From Octopus vulgaris (lineage: Eukaryota), in assembly GCA_951406725.2 (NCBI GenBank), contig OX597837.1, forward strand, positions 15,376,001-15,440,000: a DNA stretch of 64,000 nt. The letters are read 5' to 3'. Both the position numbers and the translations under genes were made by a program. Under the pieces are notes generated by a model. That model worked only from the letters and a program-made list of their open reading frames with translations, had not been told where the DNA came from and made no database searches. Of this stretch, positions 14,913 through 25,600 are shown in pieces. The stretch's first letter is position 1, and the number at the start of each line of letters is the position of its first letter.

Positions 14913-17007
14913 GGGTTTCAAATTTTGTCACATGGGCAGCCATTTTGGGGGAGGGGACTAGTCGATTACATTGGCCCCAGTATTCAACTGGTACTTAAAT
15001 TTATCAACCCCGAAAGGATGAAATGCAAAGTCGACCTTGGTGGAATTTGAACTCAGAACGTAGCGATGGGTGAAATACTGTTAAGCATTTCGTCCAGCGT
15101 GCTAACGATTCTGCTAGCTTGATACCTTAATAATAATGAAGATGATAATAATAATAATAATCCTTTCTACTACAGGTACATGGCCCGAAATTTTGGGAAG
15201 GGAGTCAATTACATTCAACCCCAGTACTCAACTGGTACTTATTTCATTGACCTTGAACAAGTGAAAGGCAAAGTCGACATTGGTGGAATTTGAACTCTGA
15301 AGGCAAAAATGTACAAATGCCACTAAGCATTTTGTCCAGAGTGGTAACGAGTCTGCCAGCTCACCTTCTTAATAATAATAATAATAATGATTTGCATCTG
15401 GCATAGGCAAAAGACCTGTGATCTTAATTGTGCGATGGATCAGCGTCCAGTCCAGAGAGGAACATATAGACAACAGAGAAACCGGCCCTCTGCTCCTTAT
15501 GAAGTAAAATGGACTGACCAGTGATTGGTGTAATTGAAAAATTGTAACCAACAACCCAACGGACATCAATTGTTCTATAAGAAATCTATAAATAAAAGTG
15601 TGTTTGGACAGGGATGGGAGGAAACACTTACTTATATCGGTCTGTTCGTTTAAAATCTTGTTTGTTGTGAATGGGATCAAGAAAATCCACTTCAACAACT
15701 CCAACAACACCAACACCAAGTTCATTGGCCTGGAACGAAAAAAAGAGAATGTTGTATTTTGTGAGGGATGGAGAGAAAGGGAGGTGAGGAGACTGTAGAG
15801 AAGCCTGGTTAATGTCAGCCCTTTAGGTCCTGTGTTCAAATACTGCTGACTGTTGTGTGTAAATAATTACACATGGTTGACATTTCGCCAAGCATTCTAA
15901 CAACCTGGCACCTCACTGCCATTTCAATTAATATTGAAAATAACAAAAGTGAAATTAATATTGAATAACGAAGTGAAATAACCATTATTATTAAGATGAT
16001 ATTTGAGACGTATTTTTAACATGAAATTTAGATAGAAGCTTAAATTTAGCACTTTAAAACAGGAAGTTTCTATCATGGGACCAGAGGAGATCTCAGACAG
16101 GTTGGCACCAAACGGGTTAAACAGTCACATAAGACTGCAAAAAGAAAGAGGAGAAAAGAAGCTTACCTGTCGCTGGTAACCAACTTTCTCATAGGCTTTG
16201 ATCAATCGGTTCCGATGATACATCAACACACCATAATTTTCTGAATCAAACTCATTCTTGTTTGGACTGAAGCCGAACGTAAGCAGAATTGGTTTTGGCT
16301 GGAAGCAAAGCTAAGGAAACGGACAATTTCTTCATGTCGTAGTATATAAAAGTGTAGATTCAATAAGGTGCATACCTCACAATAGGAATAAGTGGCCCGA
16401 GGGAAACACACAATGTCTTAACCCTTTAGCATTTAAACTGACCAATATCTGGCACAAATATCTACCAGTTTTAGGTTTAGGTTTGAAACTGGCGAGATCT
16501 GGCCTCTCACACCTACCCTACAATGTCATTCTAAGGATAAACAGTCATCTCATCAAAATCTTGAAGCTATGAGATGAGGCATGGATGATTCAAAACTGTG
16601 AATGAATAAACCTTGCATTTGACCGAATACTGAAGGGTATTTTGAAGTCACTGCCAGCCACATTCATGTAAAAGGATAATACACACACACACACACACAC
16701 ACACGTACACACCTACATGTAAAAGGGTTATGTTTGGTCATTTTGAAAAGGATACAAGCCATGTAGGTCGATAGATGTCTGTTTCTGTTCTGGACAAACT
16801 CTTTGAAATTAATTTGGTTTGAACTTTTTTACCTCGAAGTATAATCTTCATCCTAGGTTTCAAATAGAGGATGGAACAGTATTCCTGAAAGTCAGAGAAG
16901 ATGGAGTTAAAGAAACGGAACCAAAATTAACCAATTACTACAACAACAACAACAACAACCACAAAAATCACCACCATTTGATAGATGGAAACTGAAAGAA
17001 GCTATTG

Positions 17008-17067
<60 letters not shown>

Positions 17068-18354
17068 TTGTGTGTGTATGTGTCTTTTTGTTTGTGCCTC
17101 TCACAACCACTTGACAACTAGTGCTGGTGTGTTTATGTCTGTGTAACTTAGCAGTTTGGCAAAAGAGACTGATGGAATAAGTACCAGGCTTAAAGAAGAA
17201 AACAAAAACGAATAACTACTGGGTTTGATTTGTTAGACTAAAAATTCATCAAGGTGGTGCCCCAGCATGGCCACAGTCCAATGACTGAAACAAATAAGGC
17301 AGAGGAATGTAATTACATTTGCCCAGTCTCTGATGGAACCGGTTCAGAATGAATATCGTCAGTGTCATCAAATGTCAGTTTTTCCATGTCAGTCTGGGAT
17401 GGACAGTTTGACAGGATCCGATGAGCCAGAGGGGGTCTACATTGAACTCCCTACGTCTGCTTTGCCATGGGTCTAAGGCTGGAAATCCTTCCTCACTGCA
17501 CTGTACCTGGGGTTAAGCAGTCTACTAACACAGCCCCAGGTTGACCAATGCCATTTCGAGGAACTATTTAATAGATGGAAGTCTGTTGTTGTGAATCATC
17601 CTTTGACATTTTCTATCCAAAAGGAGTTTTCCAACTCAGTATTTGCTAGTATTTATAGCTTTATGTGATGTGTCTCCAGAGCCAATGTTCCAAAAAAGAA
17701 CTGCTTTGCATCTTTCTAAAGTTGGTAAAATTCTTCTTTATATTTTATGTGGTGATGTAATGTCAATTATGCAATTAACAGTTGTAAACCAAAGGAATAA
17801 ACATCCATGTTCTCATTTCACTTCTCTTATCTGATCAATCCACATATAGTGCTAGTGCCATGGAAAAAGCACTGAGTCCACTCTGTGGAGTGGTCGGTGT
17901 TAGGAAGGGCATCCAGCCATAAAATCCCTGTCAAAACAGACACAGTAGCCTGGGGTAGATTTTCTACCTGGCCGGCTCCTATCAACCGTCCTACCCATGT
18001 ATGCATGGAAGATGGATGTTAAAACGATGATGATGATGATATATATATAAAATAGTCAATTCAAATAAAAAAAGTAAAAAGAGCAACAAGAGGATGTGCT
18101 AAAGAAATGCATTACTTGATGCTTGGTGAAAAGAGAGAGATTGACATTTTGAGTATAGCTCTTTGTGCAGAAAGGAAAAAGGGAAAAGTTCAAAGAAAGA
18201 AAAGAAATCACCAACAGCATGTGTGTAATTACATTGCTGAAGTGTGAGTCATCATCATTATCGTTGTTTAATGTCCGCTTTCTATGCTAACATGGGCTGG
18301 ACGGTTTGACTGCGGACTGGCAAGCCAGAAGGCTGTACCAGGCTCCAATGTGAT

Positions 18355-18416
<62 letters not shown>

Positions 18417-18912
18417 TATATATACATGCGTCTGGTGTATCTATGCGTGTGCATTCACTCACAGTCAATGTACATGTATGTTGACATTCCTTGTTATTGT
18501 TACGACTGGTAGCTTTGCACTTTCAAAGTGCCAGTGGAATAAAGGAAACCCTTACTTGAAAAGCAGGTATGGTTTGGCAAAAGAGGAAAGCATCCAGTCA
18601 TAACACCCTGCCCCATGTTACCCTCTGTCCAAACTCATGCCAACATGAATGATGAAAAAGTTTTTTAAAAATGTTGGAAGAAGAGTAATCCATCTTACTC
18701 TAAGTGATCTACGGTACTCGGGTGAGTACTGGCTGAGAGGACGGTTGATAGAGGAGTAATCAAACTCGTGACTCTCTGGATTTCGGATGTCGGCAGAATC
18801 ACTTTCGAAGTCCAGTTCGAGCTTGCCATCATTGCCCCTGAAACGAGGAAACAAGAAATAATACAAAGGCATAACTATGGTCTTACTTGGAAGAACAAGA
18901 CAACAAGAATCT

Positions 18913-18943
<31 letters not shown>

Positions 18944-21900
18944 AAGTAGTAAAAATGATTGTCATGTGATAAAACTTATAGTTTGCATAAAATTTATAGA
19001 TTACTGAAGAATAAGGGTGGGGAAACTTTTTGGTGCAACGGTCAAAATTTTCTAAAGAAAAAGGTCCGTGGGCAGATCACAATTCCTAATTCTTACAGGT
19101 GTAAATCTTATACGTATATTTATAATTCAATATACATTATTAATAAAGGTAAGTTTATTACATTAAATTAACGTGTGACATCTTCATTAATGCCGCCACT
19201 GAATTTAGGACTTTTATTACTTATGAGGTATTCTATGTTTTTCAAAATGTACCAATCCTAATGTTGGAAAAATCGTAACAATCAAGCACAGACCAAATTC
19301 AATTTTGGAAAATTCTACACTTTTAGAGTAATAAAGTAAAAAAAACAAAACTTTCTTACCTTTTCAAATTGTAGATAATAATTTTGGTTCCAGTTTTGAG
19401 CATTTCAAGAGTGCCAAGTTCCTCAAGTAAGCTGCTTTCTTTGCGAAATATAGAGTACTTGAGAATTGCTCTTAAGTTGTTTAAACTCCCTTGGTTGGCA
19501 GAGCGAGTTTCTAAGAGGAACAGATAAGGAAGCAGAGACACGGAAACCAGAAATACATACAAATACGAACACAAAGGCAAGGGCTGAGGCAGATACAGGG
19601 ACCGTCTGGTTGGATTCTTCTTTCAGGCCACACAGTCCTTACAGTTCTACAAACAGACACCATTCTGTGGTGTTTTGGCAGAACAAAGAGAAATACACCT
19701 GAAGTCTGCTGGATGACACTCCAGGCCGAATGTTTGCTCAAATCATCCAGGACCCCAACCGTATTACTGCTAATGTCTTTAGATCTGGTGACTATGGATA
19801 ATATTGATTTCAAATTTTGTCACAAGGCCAGCAAGTTCAGGGGAGGGGTTAAGTTGATTACACTGACCCCAGGGCCTGACTGGCACTTATTTTATCAACT
19901 CTGAAAGGACAAAAGGCAAAGTCGACCTTGATTGAATTTAAACTGAGATCATAAAGACGGAGGGAAGGCTGCCAAGCGTCATACCTGGCAGGTGAACGAG
20001 TCAGCCAACTTGTTGCCTTAACCATGGTTAAGAGATGAGAGATAAAATGTTAGAATTACAAAATGATACACTCCAAAATTTCAGGCAGTCCATCATCACC
20101 GATACACACATTTTACAAATATACATCTTGCAAATTGGTGGACTGGGGTTCAGTCTCAGTGCATGGTATCTTGGGCAAGTGTTTTGTACAATGGCTCTGG
20201 GCCAACCAATGTGAGTAAACTTAGTAAATGGAAACTGTGTGTGCATCTGTCCCACTCACCCATCCATTTGGGAACTGGTGTTGGTTTGTTTACATCCCTG
20301 TGACTTAGTAGTTCATCAAAAGAGGGTGACAATAAATACCAGAATTTAAAAAAAAATAAAAGAAATAAAAGTACTGCAGTTGATTTTGTTTCACTAAACC
20401 ATTCAAGGCAGTGCTCCAGCATGGCTGCAGTCCAATGATTGAAACAAGTAAAAGAAAAGAAAAAATAAACAATTTTTATATAAGAGAGGATACTCTGAGG
20501 AAGTTTCCAGGTGACGATAGGGACAAGCACAGTCTCCTCCCGGACAGCTTCGAGGTATGATTGTGACAACATGCCGACACTCATACTGTTCAGATTTCGG
20601 GTAAAAACAAGAGCATCACGACCGAGACGCATGGAACCAGACTTGAAGCCGTTGCCATATTGCCCGATGGGTTTGTGTCCGCTAACGGCAACCTTTTCAC
20701 AGAATCCAAAACTGGAAAAAAAGAATGGGATTTAAAAGAGGAAAAAAAAACATCACACGTTAGAGTAAATTTTAAAAGAATGCAATTAACAACAAGACAC
20801 TAATTATTTTTCAAATGGTTACTTAATCTAAATGTCTAAAACAAGATAGCAATGCAATTTTAATTTTTCAGACATGCACAGGTGCAGGAGTGGCCGTAAG
20901 GTGAGATGCTTGCTTCCCAATTATATGGTTATGGGTTCAGTCCCAATGTGTGGCACCTTGGGCAAGTGTCTTCTACTATAGCCTCGGGCTGACCAAAGCC
21001 TTGTGAGTGGATTTGGTAGACGGAAACTGAAAGAAGCCCACTGTGTGTTTGTGTCTTTCTGTCTGTATGTCCCTCACCACTACATGACAACCGGTGTTGG
21101 TGCGTTTATACCCCTGTAACTTAGCAGTTCAGCAAAAGGGTTCAACAGAATAACTACCAGGCTTTAAAATAAAATAAAAATGTCCTGGGGTCGATTCATT
21201 TGACTAAGAATTCTTCCAGGCAGTGCTCCAGCATGGCCGCAGTCTTATGACTGGAACAAGATAAGTAAGATGTCATTTGAAACATCTGCTTTACAACCAT
21301 TTGTGGTTTAGGCCCAATCCCAGTGTGTGGCCCTTTGGGTGCCTTTCACTATAGCCAGAAGTTAGCCAATGCTTTCCAACTAAAATATTGTTGTCATCAT
21401 CATCATCCTCACCATCACTTCACATCCATTTTCCCAAGCTTGCATGTGTCAGGGAGTATTTGCTGAGGCAGGTCTTCTACAGCCGGATGTTCTTCTTGTT
21501 TCTAAGCAAGGTAATAATATTCCCCATGGTTACGGTTAGACATGTCTTTTTACGCAAGACTGGAAATGAATGACAATGTTTGTTTACAGCCAACACATAA
21601 TGTCAAGGCAAGGGTCATCTTCTAACACCCACTTTTCCATGCTTGAATGGGTCAGACGGAATTTGCTGAGGCAGATTTTCAGCAACCAGATGCCCTTCAT
21701 GTTGCCAACCCTTATTTCCAAACAACATAATATTCCCCTTTGCTTGACAAGGGATGTGGTCAGTATAGTAAATAATACTAGACACTAGTAGTACCTGTGG
21801 AAATTCAATGGTCATTTTGAAAATTCCAAGATGACTGGAAGTTTATACAGACCCATCAAATATCAGATTTGGGGGAATAAAAGACAAACAAACCAATTAG

Positions 21901-22650
21901 ACCCCCACCCCCCAATTTCAGCTGCACATATTCGGGGGGGAAATGTTTTTAATGCAATAAAGCTTGTAATGTGATGCAGCTTTGCATGTAGGACCCAAGG
22001 GGATTGTTTTTGATGCACATGTGGAGCAAAAGTGCATTTTATATAACATCAAGTATGGCATTAATTTCTGTTGAGATTGTATTAAAAAAAACCTTAAATT
22101 AGTGGTTGCCAACCAGGGTCCATATAAGATTTTTTTGTGAAACATTGGGTGTATTCTTTGACATTCTGGTCCCCACACAGCACGAAAGCAATGTGAAATG
22201 AAGTATTTTGCTGAAGAACACAAAACACTGCCTGACCAGGGGATCAGCCCCCCCCTAACCACTAAGCCATGCACCTTGATCATTACCTGCGCCGCTGGAC
22301 TGGCTCCTGTGCAGGTGGCACATAAAAAGCACCATTTGAGTGTGGCTGTTGCCAGTACCACCTGACTGGCCCTCGTGCTGGTGGCAAGTAAAAGCACCCA
22401 CTACACTCTCGGAGTGGTTGGCGTTACTCTGCCAGATCAGATTGGAGTCTGGTGCAGCCATCTGGCTCGCCAGACTTCAGTCGAATTGTCCAACCCATGC
22501 CAGCATGGAAAGCAGGCGTTAAATGATGATGATGATGATGTATATTATTTATCTCAGGCAACCAAAGCAGAAAGAAATGAATAATCAAAAGAAATTCAGA
22601 GAAAGTAAAATACCTAAGGAGAAATTTCTGTTGGAATTTAGTAAAGAAAG

Positions 22651-22688
<38 letters not shown>

Positions 22689-25600
22689 AGGGGAAAATGT
22701 GAAGCAATAGAGAGAGGGAGGAGATGTTTACCTTAACATTCTAAGTAATTTCTCTGGATCCATTCCATTTCCATTATCCACAAATGTCAAACAGATTTTA
22801 TTATTAAAGATTGTCTTGTCAATCCACAGCTGAGATGCGTTGACATCTGGATCATAGGCATTATCTGGAAACACGCAAAAAAAGGTGACGGGTGACAACG
22901 ACTGATAATGTCACACCAAACATCAATAACTGAGTAGAGATCAAAATTACATGCAACAGAATTGGATTAAAATAGCCACCTGTGTATCATATAGAAAGAC
23001 ATCTCAAAAAATGGCAAATTTACTGTGGCTTTTGTCCAGTGATAATATCTTTTATGAATGTGCTACATTTAAAAACTATATATATATATAATAAATTAAT
23101 AAATAAATAAAACATATGCATATATACATACATATATGTACGTACCTACCTCTACATGTATATATACATGCATCTATGGGTACAGGACACCAAAAAAACG
23201 TCGAACACAATGAGAAACGAAAACATAAACACAAAACCAAGGAAATGGACATTTTTTTAAACAACGAAAAAATAGAGTACAGGACATAAAAAACAAGGAA
23301 AATTCCCCTTCTTCAGTCGCCTTAATTTCATCTACTCCACGTTCCGAAGGTCAAGGCGATACATGGCTTCAATGAAAATTTCCATCCCACGAAAATCAAA
23401 TTAAATAAAATTTGAGATTTTTTTGTGGAGGGGTAAAAATGGTAACAAAAACAGGAGAGTAACGAGAGTACAAAATATAAACAGTAAAGGACAGGACACG
23501 GAGAATAACAGTAACACAAACAAATATATATATATACACACATATATATAGGATCAGACTGGATCCTGGCACAGCCTCCCAGCATGCCAGCATGGACAAT
23601 GGACATTAAATGATGATGATTGGATGATTTTAAAAATAAAATGAAAGTGTGACCTTGAAAGAAAATAAAGTAAATTCAAACTCATATTCCGTATGCGACA
23701 ACATTCCAATGTATGCATGGAAGATTGGAATACCATTTATACTGCAAAAAAGAATTCTGAAAGATTTTCACATTGGACATTCAGGAATGTTGCACAAGAA
23801 AGCACTTATGAGAAGCTATGTGTATTGGCCAAAGATGGATAAAAATATGGAAAATCTCGTAAGATCCTGCAGAGGCTGTGCTCTGAAAACGAAATCATCT
23901 ACCGTAAGATATTAACTGTGGCCAACGACTGAGACACGATGGCCCAGGTTTCACATAGATTTCTTGTGAATAGCTACACAAAATGGCCAGAAGTATGTAA
24001 ATGTAGACTTCCTACGTCCTCTGCAGCATTTGATTTCTTCCATGACACATTTGCTCGATATGGTTTACCAGATACCATTGTATCCGATAATGGAACACAG
24101 AGATTTCTGTCAGATGTTCCAAATTGATCATAAAACCATGCCACCATTATCACCCATGGTCAAATGGTCAGGCAGAATGGCCTGTGGACACGTTCAAGAG
24201 GGCATTAAGAAAAGCAAACAACAGAAGGATTGATGACCTGGCATTAATAAAATTTCTAAGGTGGCACGTAAAAAGCCCCATCCGAACGTGGCCGATGCCA
24301 GTGCCGCCTTGACTGGCTTCCATGCCAGTGGCACGTAAAAAGCACCAACCGATTGTGGCCATTGCCAGCCTCCCCTGTGCCGGTGGCACGTAAAAAGTAC
24401 CCACTACACTCTTTGAGTAGTTGGTGTTAGGAAGGGCATCCAGCCGTAGAAACACAGCCAGATCAGACTGGAGCCTGGTGCAGCCTCCTGGCTTCCCAGA
24501 CGCCCGGTCAACCATCCAACCCATGCTAGCATGGAAAATGGACGTTAAACGATGATGATGATGTATAGAGTTACCCCAAACCCAAATGCACCATCAGGCA
24601 AATTCCCAGCCAAACTAATGTTCACGAGAAAGATGAAGTTGATATTCAACAAACTGCTGTCAAGCAGAGAAAAAAAACAAAAAACTTGGAATAACAACAA
24701 TGACTAAAGCATGAGACTGAAAAATTTCGAAAGTAGGTAAAAAAGTGCTTTTTAAAGCATACAGGTGTGGAAACCAATCATGGGAGGCCGGTATTATTTG
24801 TAATGGAATTGGTAAAAAAGGCAAAAGGACAAGGGTTCGATTTCAAAAGATATGAAAACCAGTTGAGAAAAAGATACACTGGGGATAATAAAAGAATTGA
24901 AGAACCGATGGATTTTAGGTCCCCTATGTTTGAAAGTACCATTATCAGGTAAAAGTGACACACCTGTTGAGGGTAATACAAGAGATTTCCAGAGCCTTTA
25001 ATGGTTGACCCAGAAAAGAAAAAGTATTGAACCCCATTCAGAGTTGATTTTTGTTTTTTAAAAACAGGGGAGATGTGGGGGAGAAATTTAAGAAAAAAAA
25101 TGTGTACACCCACACTCTCTGAAAAGTGTGTAGCTTAAAAGGAGAGTTGTTGTGGAGTGAAGTGGCACCTCCATACCTGACCGTCAGTGGACTGGATGAG
25201 TCTTATAAACTGATGAGCCAGTAGACAGGTGAGGTCAAACTGTGAGAACGTTAGTCTCGTTATTGTGCAAACGGTTATAATAAGATAACCATTTCACAGG
25301 ATTGGCCATGTTATAAATAGCTTGCTTACTAGCCACATGGTTCTGGGTTCAGTCCCACTGCGTGGCACCTTCTTCTACTATAGCCTTGGGCTGACCAAAG
25401 CCTTGTGAATGGATTTGGTAGCTGGAAACCGAAAGACGCCTGTTGTATGTGTGGGTGTGTATGTTATGTGTGTGTGTTTTTGTCATCCCCCTCAACAATG
25501 CTTGTGTGTTTATGTCCCCGTAACTTAGCAGTTTGGCAAAAGAGAACCGATAGAATAAGTCCTGGGGTCAATTTGTTCGACTAAAGGCAGTGCTCCAGCA

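Noticed and set aside
14734-14998. Poly-Ile ORFs
   Set aside because: Translation of the (AAT)n microsatellite.
23290-23325. CTGAAGA-AGGG...CCTT motif on minus strand
   Set aside because: No GAAA/UH half; part of a dispersed repeat.
25205-25245. CTGATGA-GCC...GGT hammerhead-like start
   Set aside because: Followed by GAGG instead of GAAA; no stem I or III.
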